DNA of 43,168 nucleotides from a virus. Taxonomy: Duplodnaviria > Caudoviricetes. Positions 1 through 8,010 of the stretch are shown one piece after another. The number at the start of each line of letters is the position of its first letter. Position 1 is the first letter of the stretch. Made by a program: the position numbers and the translations under genes. The DNA lies in the IMG/VR virus record IMGVR_UViG_3300050162_000122, positions 1-43,168 of that record; one strand, written 5' to 3'. The notes under the pieces were generated by a model that did not search any database, was not told where the DNA came from, and saw nothing but the letters and a program-made list of their open reading frames with translations.

Positions 1-162
1 GGGCAATGCTGTGATCTGGGTATTCTCAAGGCAGAGAGAACCTCCCACCGTCAGCCCCTCGGGCAATGCTGTGATCTGGGTATTCTCAAGGTAGAGATAA
101 CCTCCCACCGTCAGCCCCTCGGGCAATGCTGTGATCTGGGTATTCTCAAGGCAGAGAGAACC
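1..162. repeat. 60-bp in-frame tandem repeat (20-aa unit GGxLxLENTQITALPEGLTV)
   Basis: Units start at 1, 61 and 121 and are nearly identical. Confidence 0.97.
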
Positions 163-234
163 GCCATAATGCAACTTCCCGTCCTTTTCTTTGAGCGTAA
201 CTCCTAGTATTTTTTCAGCTTCTAGCTTTTTCAT
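1..234 (-). CDS. N-terminal part of LRR-like repeat protein (continues at 43168..42548)
   Basis: ATG at 234 reads MKKLEAEKILGVTLKEKDGKLHYGGSLCLENTQITALPEGLTVGGYLYLEN... and runs off the window start. Absent from the ORF track. Confidence 0.9.
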   Translation of the reverse strand, partial: MKKLEAEKILGVTLKEKDGKLHYGGSLCLENTQITALPEGLTVGGYLYLENTQITALPEGLTVGGSLCLENTQITALP

Positions 235-499
235 TTTTCTTTAATATTTCGATTTGTTCTTTCAATTTCTTATTATGATTTTTTTCAGCAATCAGGCTAT
301 CTTTAACCTCTTTCAGCTCCTTTATTATTTGCTGTTGGTCTAAGATAGCCTGAGTATAAAGTGTATTAAAGTACCTCTTATAGTAATGATACATACGCCG
401 ATAAAATGAAAGCTCGCAATCTTTCGGCTCTGACCATTGCCCATTTTGATCTCTACCGTTATCAAGTAGAGCTTTGCATTTTTCTTCGTATTTATCCAT
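215..499 (-). CDS. Hypothetical coiled-coil early protein
   Basis: ORF tightly packed in the early operon; heptad-rich C-terminus. Confidence 0.7.
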   Translation of the reverse strand: MDKYEEKCKALLDNGRDQNGQWSEPKDCELSFYRRMYHYYKRYFNTLYTQAILDQQQIIKELKEVKDSLIAEKNHNKKLKEQIEILKKNEKARS

Positions 500-1642
500 T
501 TAATCCTCCATATCAGTTGGGTGAATATCCTTTTCTGCCCATTCAGGCAATTTCATGTCAATGATTCCATGTGCGCCACTTTCGGCTCGTGCGTCAAATC
601 CAGGAAACCAGTTTGCATCAAAGCATTGTTTTACAATACTCATAGCTTCACGGTATTTGTATTTTCCGAGTTGAAGATCATCTGGAGCCCACCATAACAC
701 AGCCACATCATACGGTATTACCGTCTGAAGCATAATCATAATAGTCACGTTGAATTTGCGTTCAGTTATTTCGCTCATAACTTCTTGATACATGCCCTCA
801 GATAACTCATATTTGAGTTTTGCAGCATTGTACACGAAATGCCCAATATCATCGCAACGAGTTGTTTTGAAACTAATTACTACATTTACTCCGATATTTT
901 CTTCGATGTTGAAATAATCAGGGCGAACTTTAACCGGTAATCCTGTTGATTTGTCCACACCATAGAATGATGTCTCAGAAATTGCCCCTTTTAGTATTTT
1001 GGGGATAATTCCGCCACCATACCAATAATAATTTCGTTTGAGTGCCTGGATAATTTGATAATGCTCTTTTTGAATGAGCTGATATTTACATCGTTGGTAT
1101 TCGTACAGATACTTTTCTTTCAAATCCTGCATTTTCCAATCTGCTGAGATGTCTGTCGTAAATCCATCGTTTAGATTTTGTAAAAACTTTATCATGATTA
1201 TTACACCATCTTTTGATGCCATATTCACCTCTGGGGCTACTTTTACAGAGTCAAATAATTCAGGCTCTAAAAATGCCATATGAGCGAAAGTACCAAGCTC
1301 AAAACAAGGCTTATTCTCATGCTCGAAAGACTCTTCCCAATCATAAAAAAATGCTCTCGGAGTCTTCAATGCTTCTTTTAGTCCGCTAGAACTAATCCTC
1401 TTTTTTTCAAGATAAGTTTGCATATCATCTTTGACTACTTCGCCATTGACAGATAACTCATATAGGTCGATTTCGTACGGATCTTCGTTGTCGTGAAGTG
1501 ATATATATTCAAGCATCGTCTCTTTTGAAGGGTAATCACCTTCAGCGAAGCAAAGAGGGTTTAGCTCTTTGCCTACTGATAGGTTTTCAAGGTCAATCAA
1601 GCCGTCCATTAGATCTGGATAATTAGCGGTCTTATTGACCAA
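500..1642 (-). CDS. RecE/exonuclease VIII-like PD-(D/E)XK nuclease (true start probably 1609)
   Basis: ISSSGLK, GTFAHMAFLEP, ISETSFY and KVRPDY motifs typical of the ExoVIII/DUF3799 family. Confidence 0.85.
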   Translation of the reverse strand: MVNKTANYPDLMDGLIDLENLSVGKELNPLCFAEGDYPSKETMLEYISLHDNEDPYEIDLYELSVNGEVVKDDMQTYLEKKRISSSGLKEALKTPRAFFYDWEESFEHENKPCFELGTFAHMAFLEPELFDSVKVAPEVNMASKDGVIIMIKFLQNLNDGFTTDISADWKMQDLKEKYLYEYQRCKYQLIQKEHYQIIQALKRNYYWYGGGIIPKILKGAISETSFYGVDKSTGLPVKVRPDYFNIEENIGVNVVISFKTTRCDDIGHFVYNAAKLKYELSEGMYQEVMSEITERKFNVTIMIMLQTVIPYDVAVLWWAPDDLQLGKYKYREAMSIVKQCFDANWFPGFDARAESGAHGIIDMKLPEWAEKDIHPTDMED

Positions 1643-2055
1643 TTATCAGAGCTGAACGCATTCGATTTGTTGCGCTTCTTGCCATTGTAGGTGATCTGAA
1701 GGGGAGTTCCCTGCTTGATAGCTCCGGCGTTGATGTAATCTTCAAGCACACCCACTAATCTGCGAGATCCATTCGTAACAGTGGCGATAGTACCGTCAGT
1801 TTTTTGTTCAAGAAAAACAGCACAGTCAAGGTCGATTAACTCACCAGTGCCATTTGCTGATAGCACCTTTTGTGGTTTTACTTCGACAAAGAACATCCGT
1901 TTTGTTTCGCCCGGATTTTCGGGTGTCCAATAATTACCGGAAAGGTCGATTGGCAATTCATTTGCCTTACTTAGGTCGGGTAGATTTCCTTTTAAATCCA
2001 CGGCCAACACGTCTAAAATGTTAGAATCTTTTCTAACTAGTTCATCTGTTTTCAT
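1609..2055 (-). CDS. Putative ssDNA-binding/annealing partner of the exonuclease
   Basis: Sits directly upstream of the RecE-like gene; beta-rich, OB-like pattern. Function is inferred from position. Confidence 0.5.
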   Translation of the reverse strand: MKTDELVRKDSNILDVLAVDLKGNLPDLSKANELPIDLSGNYWTPENPGETKRMFFVEVKPQKVLSANGTGELIDLDCAVFLEQKTDGTIATVTNGSRRLVGVLEDYINAGAIKQGTPLQITYNGKKRNKSNAFSSDNWSIRPLIIQI

Positions 2056-2074
2056 TTTGTCACACTTTTAAAGA

Positions 2075-2299
2075 TTATTTAATTCGGGTTATGGTAACAT
2101 AGCCCAGTTCTTTTGTTTTTGAGAACAAAGTCCATCTTTTTGGTTTTTCTTTATCTATAATTCGAGATGCCTTATTTACTTCGCTCATTCTCGTTGAAGC
2201 TACACTATGGCTGTCAGAAGGTAATTTTATTGAATCTCCTGGCTTCATTGATGCAATCAAATCATTGGTGATTGTTCCTTTGTAAATGTCATTTTCCAT
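2075..2299 (-). CDS. Small hypothetical, possibly DNA-binding
   Basis: Basic 74-aa ORF overlapping the upstream gene. Confidence 0.55.
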   Translation of the reverse strand: MENDIYKGTITNDLIASMKPGDSIKLPSDSHSVASTRMSEVNKASRIIDKEKPKRWTLFSKTKELGYVTITRIK

Positions 2300-2561
2300 A
2301 TTTCTCTGATTTGTCTAAAATCATAAGTCTTTGAAGTGAATAATATCTTGTTGATGTCGCACCTTTTTCTTTGATTGAGTCAATCAGTTTTCTTTTTTCC
2401 CATGTTTCAACACGGGATTTTCCAAACATTTTAAATGCTTGCCGTTGGCTTATTTTGTCTTTAATAAAACCTAACTGGACAAGCATATCACACCTGCCGA
2501 TGTTGATCAGGTCAAGCGTGTAGCGTTGAAACGTTACATGGTCAAATGTTATTGAGTCCAT
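2289..2561 (-). CDS. Excisionase-like winged-HTH protein
   Basis: ISQRQAFKMFGKSRVETWEKRKLI...RYYS fits the MerR/Xis HTH pattern. Confidence 0.6.
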   Translation of the reverse strand: MDSITFDHVTFQRYTLDLINIGRCDMLVQLGFIKDKISQRQAFKMFGKSRVETWEKRKLIDSIKEKGATSTRYYSLQRLMILDKSEKYGK

Positions 2562-2583
2562 ATCGATAATTTAAAAATTAGAG

Positions 2584-2709
2584 AGTGAAGGCGGTATCAC
2601 TCCGCCAGCACCCGACATTTGCAATTCAGCCCAAACCAATTAATTTGAATTTGCAAACGGGCTTTCTGGGCATTTCACCACACGCAGCCAAGTATGTTTT
2701 TGATTCACT
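2584..2709 (-). ncRNA. Putative tRNA-like structured ncRNA
   Basis: Closing stem AGTGAA/TTCACT stacked on a T-arm-like hairpin GGCGG-AGTGATA-CCGCC; long internal hairpin at 2610-2662; intergenic. Confidence 0.55.
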
Positions 2710-2803
2710 ATTTTTAATTTTATTACGGCATTGCACCGAGGGTCATTAACCCATGTTTTTCGAACCCGCCCACCCGTTCGGGATTTTCGGTTTCGTGTTT
2801 TTT

Positions 2804-2820
2804 CAATACGTCAAAGAGCG
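2804..2820 (-). promoter_or_regulatory. boxA-like antitermination element
   Basis: CGCTCTTTGACGTATTG resembles boxA CGCTCTTTA and lies early in the lytic operon. Confidence 0.6.
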
Positions 2821-2861
2821 ATTAATACAGTGGCAAGAGGGGCGATCAAACCCCTGCAAGC

Positions 2862-3263
2862 CTAGCGATATAGTGATAGTGAACGGTAAGTATCCATCAT
2901 TTGGATGTGGTCAGATATTTCTTCGTCTTGAGATTGTTCTTCGTCAAGCCTCTGTTGAAGTCTTTCGTCAAATAGAATAGGCAATAGCTGATTGATTGAG
3001 CTTTCTATGAAAGCTATGAAATCCTTGTCGCATCCGCATTTGAACCACTTCTTTTTGCCTTCGACAATCTCGGGCTTCATCACAGAAAGCTCAGATTTTA
3101 CCTGTCTATTTGCAGTTATCGAGTAATCAATACAGTAGACAATGCTTTCGTGCATTATTTCGACATTGCTATTTAGCGTCGCCCATCCGCAGAATTCATC
3201 TATTGTCAAATAACTTTCTTCTAGCTCTTTTGCTAGCTTGTTCAGTATTTCGATTGCTTTCAT
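2862..3263 (-). CDS. Hypothetical early protein (likely start MKAIEIL)
   Basis: ORF track 2862..3317; A-rich leader precedes the ATG at 3263. Confidence 0.65.
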   Translation of the reverse strand: MKAIEILNKLAKELEESYLTIDEFCGWATLNSNVEIMHESIVYCIDYSITANRQVKSELSVMKPEIVEGKKKWFKCGCDKDFIAFIESSINQLLPILFDERLQQRLDEEQSQDEEISDHIQMMDTYRSLSLYR

Positions 3264-3351
3264 AATTTCTGGATGATTGATATTGAAATTTCGATTAGAA
3301 AATAGGCTATGCAGCAAATGGCAATGTATAGCTCAGTGGGTTGTTTCTTTT

Positions 3352-3663
3352 TCATGCTATCAGATTTAATTTTTTGAAACATCTGAAATCTTGATTCTCT
3401 GTGTCGAAGTAAACTTGAACAGTGGAATTCTTAGAGCGATTGTCGCCCTTTAATTTGTCGTCTAAATTCTTGAGAGTGCCCCAGGCTTCGCGGGTAGTGC
3501 CATCTACTTTTTGATAGTAGAATTTTACAATGCCTTTTTGAAGTTTTTGAACTAATTTAAAATTAGCCCATGCTATAGATAAGCAGATCGAGAAGCTTTC
3601 GCCTGTTTGTTTTGCAAATTGCCAAGCAAGCTTCATAATTGAGGATAAATTAAATGTTTTCAT
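3352..3663 (-). CDS. DUF2693/WYL_2 SH3 (Sm-like) beta-barrel protein
   Basis: IMKLAWQF, VKFYYQKVDGTTREAWGTL and VYFDTENQDFRCFKKLNL signatures. Confidence 0.85.
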   Translation of the reverse strand: MKTFNLSSIMKLAWQFAKQTGESFSICLSIAWANFKLVQKLQKGIVKFYYQKVDGTTREAWGTLKNLDDKLKGDNRSKNSTVQVYFDTENQDFRCFKKLNLIA

Positions 3664-3723
3664 ATTTGTCGCACTTTAATGAAAATTATTTGTTGTATTT
3701 TTGTCGTTGTTTCTAATACGTTG

Positions 3724-3754
3724 CAAATATACAGACTATAATCTGTAGAACAAA
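3724..3754 (-). promoter_or_regulatory. Early lytic promoter (Bacteroidota -33/-7)
   Basis: TTTG (3754-3751), 19-nt spacer, TATATTTG (3731-3724). Confidence 0.85.
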
Positions 3755-3854
3755 ATAAACTACAGACTATTTTCTGTATTTTAACATACATTAACGTATT
3801 AGAAGCCGTGTAATTATATAAAGTATTGATTTTCAATACAGAATAAAATCTGTA
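3730..3854. promoter_or_regulatory. Three palindromic operators TACAGA-N6-TCTGTA (3730-3747, 3761-3778, 3837-3854)
   Basis: Perfect 6-bp half-sites between the divergent cI and lytic genes; the first lies inside the lytic promoter. Confidence 0.88.
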
Positions 3855-3860
3855 AAATTC

Positions 3861-4553
3861 ATGAATTCAAAAGATAGATTACTCAAATTTATAGAGTACT
3901 TAAAAATAGGGCAGGGCGCATTCGAGAAGAAGTGCGGCATATCGAATGGTTATATAAATAACAATAAGGGCAATATAGGTGCTAGTATATTGAACAGAAT
4001 ACATGTGGCTTATCCTGAATTAAATGTTGAATACATCACAACCGGATCAGGTCAGATGATAAAAGGAGGTTTGCTTACATCAGAGGCTCATATTTTGACC
4101 GAATTCCAATTTATGAATGTACCGTTTGTATCGATACCAGCGCAGGGAGGATACGGTAAGGGGTTTGGAGATGTTGAGTATATCGAGTCGTTGCCAACTC
4201 TTCCGACTATAGTTGACAAGAATTATAAGGGCAAGTATATCATTTTTGAGGTAGAGGGGGACTCAATGGACAATAATACAAGAAGCTCCATTTGCGATGG
4301 GGATAAAATTCTTTGCAGGGAGGTAAGAAAAGAACTATGGTGCTCAAAGCTTCATATAAATGATTGGTATTTTGTGATCGTCATGAAAAATGATGGAATT
4401 ACCGTGAAGCAAATAATCGAACATGACCTGGAATGCAATAAAATAGTACTCCATCCGCTGAATCAAATTTTCGAAGATTTTGAAGTGGATATGTCCGAAG
4501 TTTCGGAGATATATAGCGTTGTGAAAATAATTGATAGAAATACAAGGATATGA
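3861..4553 (+). CDS. cI: CI-like repressor (XRE HTH plus S24 autopeptidase)
   Basis: N-terminal HTH (QGAFEKKCGISNGYI); VEGDSM catalytic Ser and TVKQI catalytic Lys. Confidence 0.92.
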   Translation: MNSKDRLLKFIEYLKIGQGAFEKKCGISNGYINNNKGNIGASILNRIHVAYPELNVEYITTGSGQMIKGGLLTSEAHILTEFQFMNVPFVSIPAQGGYGKGFGDVEYIESLPTLPTIVDKNYKGKYIIFEVEGDSMDNNTRSSICDGDKILCREVRKELWCSKLHINDWYFVIVMKNDGITVKQIIEHDLECNKIVLHPLNQIFEDFEVDMSEVSEIYSVVKIIDRNTRI

Positions 4554-5143
4554 AAAGAATACTTTTTATTGCTTTATCATTTTTGTGGCTTTCAGTTTAT
4601 GCACAAACCATGTCGCAATATCCAAAACCATATGGGATAGATTTTGGAGCAACAAAATCTGCAGTATTTGCAACAATGAAAAAAATGGGGTATAATAGAT
4701 CGACTAAATACTCTGGTATGATTTACGAGAATTTGAAATTCATGGGGTATGATAACTCCAATATCACATTTTCTTTTAATAGCAATACAAAGCTAATAGA
4801 GTCTGAGGTATTTATCCCATTCGAAAGCACAGGAGATGCATATAATGCTCAATATGAAATTATTCAAAAAATAAAATCTAAATACAAGGGATTAATAGAT
4901 ATTGAGCATTTTGAAACTGCACTAAATTGCAAAGTGGATACAATGAAAATAGGGAAAATAATTGAATTTATATCCTCTGGGAAGGCAAGGTATTTTAATA
5001 TATTGACTCCTGGTAACAGTAAGGATATAAAAATAACAGTAGAAGTTACTTTTAATTCATGCGTTAGGATTTCTTTCCAGAATTATGACTTGATAAGAAA
5101 GGATGATAAATTAAAAACGAACAAATCACTAATGGATATATAA
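4550..5143 (+). CDS. Exported protein co-transcribed with cI
   Basis: Signal peptide MKRILFIALSFLWLSVYA-Q; ATGA overlap with cI. Confidence 0.75.
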   Translation: MKRILFIALSFLWLSVYAQTMSQYPKPYGIDFGATKSAVFATMKKMGYNRSTKYSGMIYENLKFMGYDNSNITFSFNSNTKLIESEVFIPFESTGDAYNAQYEIIQKIKSKYKGLIDIEHFETALNCKVDTMKIGKIIEFISSGKARYFNILTPGNSKDIKITVEVTFNSCVRISFQNYDLIRKDDKLKTNKSLMDI

Positions 5144-5155
5144 TTTAATCCATAT

Positions 5156-6400
5156 CTATTTGCATCCAACATCCCTAAACTTCTCCACCACCTTAGTATT
5201 ACTCGAATTTATCCTCCCCCAGTCTTTTTCTATATACTGATCGGTTATTCGTGTTTTTTCGTCTATATGGCAAAGGCATTCATGCACGGAGTACTTATCT
5301 ATTCCAACCACATTTTGCGCGAATGTAGCCCATGTGTGACGGGCTGCATAGAATTCAAGATCATCGAACATAAATTCTGAATCTTCAGGTATTTCTTTTG
5401 CCTCAATCTGCTTGTCGAATATGTCTTTAAAATGCTTTTCTATTTGCTTTAGCCCTATATTTAGAGCCCTATTAAACCCGGATTCATCCGAGTATTGTTT
5501 GTAGAATGAAAAGCACCTATCCACTCCCTTGTACTTATTTACAATTTCTTTTGCTTCGGGAACTAAATCCACGATCATAAGTGCGTGATCATCTCTTCTG
5601 TCTTTTGTTTTTGATCGATTATATTTTACCCTGTCAGCTCTTGGTATTTCTAGCTTGTAAATGTCAATGGAGTTCATACCCATCGTGTAAAACGAGAACA
5701 AGAAAATATCTCTAGCCATGTTTCGCCTGTCTCCTCCATCTGCAAGTTTTGATATTTTTACGATAGCCTCTATGGGGATATTGCGTTTTTCGGCAGATTT
5801 TTGTTTTGGAACTATGAATTTTGAAAATGGATTTCTGGGTATTCTTATAATACCTACCTCCTCGTCGTTGAAGTTTTTTCTAGCCTTATTGAACATATAC
5901 CTGAAGCTTCCAAGGTAAAGAGAGTTTGCACGGACTCCATTCTTTGACATAACGTGTTTTGAATACAGTTCAATGAACTGTACTGTTATGTCGTCAGTGG
6001 TTAGTATGGGGGAATATTCGCGAAGGTTTTTCAACGCTGTTTTGTAATTCTTCCGGCTACTTTCGCTCACGTTCTCTAATTCTGATTCCCAAAACTTCAA
6101 AAAATCAATGGAGTTACTGGATACTTCGGTTGTCACCACCTTAATCACACTTTCAATAGATGCCTCTTTCAGGTTTTTTATCCTTGAAAGCCTTTCGGTA
6201 TATGTGCGTTCAAGTTCATCGAGTTGGAATTTTGGAGTGCAATTCTTCATCTTGAACGATCTTGTGTATTGATCCGGGTAAAATACGATTGAGGTAGGAA
6301 TATGTTTTTTTATCCTGTTATGTGTAACTCTTATTTTGGCCGGAATACTCCCGTTTTCTTTTTTGTGGTGTGGATAAATCACCCCTTTGAATGTTGTCAT
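5156..6400 (-). CDS. int: Tyrosine integrase (Bacteroidales Arm-SAM-catalytic type); likely start MTTFKG at 6400
   Basis: KIRVTHNR arm domain; GMNSIDI; RSKT; YAARHTWAT; LCH; TDQY catalytic Tyr. Confidence 0.93.
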   Translation of the reverse strand: MTTFKGVIYPHHKKENGSIPAKIRVTHNRIKKHIPTSIVFYPDQYTRSFKMKNCTPKFQLDELERTYTERLSRIKNLKEASIESVIKVVTTEVSSNSIDFLKFWESELENVSESSRKNYKTALKNLREYSPILTTDDITVQFIELYSKHVMSKNGVRANSLYLGSFRYMFNKARKNFNDEEVGIIRIPRNPFSKFIVPKQKSAEKRNIPIEAIVKISKLADGGDRRNMARDIFLFSFYTMGMNSIDIYKLEIPRADRVKYNRSKTKDRRDDHALMIVDLVPEAKEIVNKYKGVDRCFSFYKQYSDESGFNRALNIGLKQIEKHFKDIFDKQIEAKEIPEDSEFMFDDLEFYAARHTWATFAQNVVGIDKYSVHECLCHIDEKTRITDQYIEKDWGRINSSNTKVVEKFRDVGCK

Positions 6401-6418
6401 GTTGTCGCACTTTTTTAC

Positions 6419-6449
6419 TGTGACACAATTGTGACACAATGTGTCGCAA
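6419..6449. repeat. Probable integrase arm-type sites (TGTGACACAAT x2 plus inverted TGCGACACA)
   Basis: Tandem 11-bp repeats about 100 bp from the att core. Confidence 0.6.
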
Positions 6450-6478
6450 ATATAGAAATAAATTGCAATAATTGCAAC
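6447..6478 (-). promoter_or_regulatory. Integrase promoter
   Basis: TATATTTG at 6454-6447 with TTG 20 nt upstream. Confidence 0.7.
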
Positions 6479-6482
6479 AAAC

Positions 6483-6512
6483 AAAAAAGCCACTCAATAA
6501 AATGAGTGGCTT
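6483..6512 (-). terminator. Rho-independent terminator
   Basis: AAGCCACTCA/TGAGTGGCTT stem followed by a T-tract on the minus strand. Confidence 0.8.
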
Positions 6513-6540
6513 AATTGCTTGAAAACAAGTCGTTATACTT

Positions 6541-6590
6541 GTGACCCCGATGGGATTCTAACCCATGACCTTCAGAACCGGAATCTGACG
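6541..6590 (-). other. attP core: 3' portion of tRNA-Arg(CCG)
   Basis: TCAGA-TTCCGGT-TCTGA anticodon arm, ATGGG-TTAGAAT-CCCAT T-arm and CGGGGTCA acceptor strand. No D-arm or 5' half. Adjacent to int. Confidence 0.9.
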
Positions 6591-6675
6591 TTTGTTATAA
6601 TACAATATGTTTATTTACAGATGATTAATAGCGTGTTATTGTTTTGGCTGTAGCACATTGGTTGAACAATATCTA

Positions 6676-6861
6676 TTATTCATGAAATTCATATGCCGGA
6701 GCATGAAATTTTAAACCATCACCGCAATAGATCAAAATATTTTCTACGTGCCCTGTTGGTGTGTATCTTTTTACGAATACACCCTGTACGCCTGAAATAT
6801 GCTTGAGTATCTGTTTTGGTTGCTCTGATATATGCCTTAGTACCTCTAAATGTGTATTCAT
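6676..6861 (-). CDS. Small hypothetical, last gene of accessory cassette
   Basis: TAATG coupling to the XRE gene. Confidence 0.6.
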   Translation of the reverse strand: MNTHLEVLRHISEQPKQILKHISGVQGVFVKRYTPTGHVENILIYCGDGLKFHAPAYEFHE

Positions 6862-7088
6862 TAGTGAGATATTTTTTGAATAAAACTTATCTCTAATCCA
6901 AATACATCCAAAATATCAATCAGTCTAGGAACCGACAAGGCATGCTTGCAGTCCTCTATGCGGCCATAGTTTTGTTTAGCCATGCCGATTTTTTCGGCCA
7001 TTTCAGTTTTTGTCAGCCCGTTTTGCTCGCGCAATTCGACTATCATTTTGATTATTCGTTCATTTTCTGTCATCATATGCTCTATCAA
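6861..7088 (-). CDS. XRE-family HTH regulator
   Basis: LREQNGLTKTEMAEKIGMAKQNYGRIE. Confidence 0.9.
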   Translation of the reverse strand: MIEHMMTENERIIKMIVELREQNGLTKTEMAEKIGMAKQNYGRIEDCKHALSVPRLIDILDVFGLEISFIQKISH

Positions 7089-7326
7089 AATAATTATTAC
7101 GAAGCCATTCTTTCATATCTTTAGTTATTAATTCAAGTTTTGAACTATGTTCGAACGATTCATAAGTCATAAAATAAAATTTTTTCGTATCATCGAATTT
7201 CTTATATTCAAATACACAACACACATTATTTTCATAATCATTTACAATCCAATAATTGTACGGATTATCTATGTTTAACCAATGATATCTTTTATTAGTA
7301 CAATGATCTAAGTCAAATCTATCCAT
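7060..7326 (-). CDS. Hypothetical Bacteroidota phage protein
   Basis: WIVNDYENNVCCVFEYKKFDDTKKF; overlaps the XRE gene. Confidence 0.7.
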   Translation of the reverse strand: MDRFDLDHCTNKRYHWLNIDNPYNYWIVNDYENNVCCVFEYKKFDDTKKFYFMTYESFEHSSKLELITKDMKEWLRNNYFDRAYDDRK

Positions 7327-7327
7327 C

Positions 7328-7720
7328 TCAATTATGTTTAGAAGTTTCTTCTTGATTGATTGTACTATCCATCCAGTTCATCCATTTTTTGAAGAACTCG
7401 ATAGCTCCGTCGATTACCGCATCCGTATCCGTATCAAAAAATTCGGTAAGGCTGTAATGTACAGCTACCCTGTAGTTTTCGGTAATTCCGAATTTATTTT
7501 TGAAGTAGAACTGTTTTTGCTTTACATTTTTATTTAGCTGTATCAGATCATCGGTTTGATTGAAAAACTCGAGCATAGTATGTGTTCTTACGTGCAGTAA
7601 CACATCTCTACCTTCCAGTTCATTTCCTGTATGGTTAGCCGCATCCAGGAATACCCATTCGGGGATGGTAAGTGTTTGTTTTTTCATACGATTTATATAT
7701 ATTTGTATCGATTTCCCCAA
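7328..7720 (-). CDS. Hypothetical protein (likely start MKKQTLTIP)
   Basis: PEWVFLD...LEGRDVLLHVRT; abuts the downstream gene. Confidence 0.75.
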   Translation of the reverse strand: MGKSIQIYINRMKKQTLTIPEWVFLDAANHTGNELEGRDVLLHVRTHTMLEFFNQTDDLIQLNKNVKQKQFYFKNKFGITENYRVAVHYSLTEFFDTDTDAVIDGAIEFFKKWMNWMDSTINQEETSKHN

Positions 7721-7786
7721 AAGTGAAGGGGATTACTTTATTTCATAAGATGCAAATGAGCCTATTTTGAGGCTTAAAAGCATTTG

Positions 7787-7822
7787 AATCAGCTGCTAAT
7801 TTGTAAAGATTAGCAGCTGATT
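7787..7822. terminator. 14-bp perfect hairpin (terminator or processing site)
   Basis: AATCAGCTGCTAAT-N8-ATTAGCAGCTGATT, followed by a T-tract on the + strand. Confidence 0.6.
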
Positions 7823-8010
7823 ATTTTTTATGTGCCGTATGGTACCAGCACAAAGGGCGCTATTTCATCCCTTCCATTCATCTATATCCACACCGAAGTA
7901 TTTTCTTTGCCCCTTCCGAGCTAGCGTACTGACCACAAATACTAACCATTTCGACATTATGCGCATAACGTATAATTTATCCGATTCCTTTCGATGCTTT
8001 CCCTGTTTGT

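Noticed and set aside
1-162. 60-bp repeats as a CRISPR array
   Set aside because: The units are contiguous and in frame, with no unique spacers and no cas genes.
2350-2364. AAAGGTGCGACAT as a fourth antisense target
   Set aside because: Imperfect match inside coding sequence, about 50 nt from the next start codon.
2753-2980. + strand 75-aa ORF and the other + strand shadow ORFs (e.g. 14816..15232, 33667..34044, 40781..41164)
   Set aside because: They are antisense to well-supported genes or structured RNA, with no motifs or promoters.
6401-6493. Hydrophobic N-terminal extension of the integrase in the ORF track
   Set aside because: It overlaps the promoter, arm repeats and terminator; the ATG at 6400 fits better.
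6541-6590. Functional tRNA-Arg gene
   Set aside because: It lacks the 5' acceptor strand and D-arm; it is an att core.
7041-7054. TATCATTTTGATTA as another late-element box
   Set aside because: Single box inside a CDS with no flanking -7 elements; plausible by chance in AT-rich DNA.
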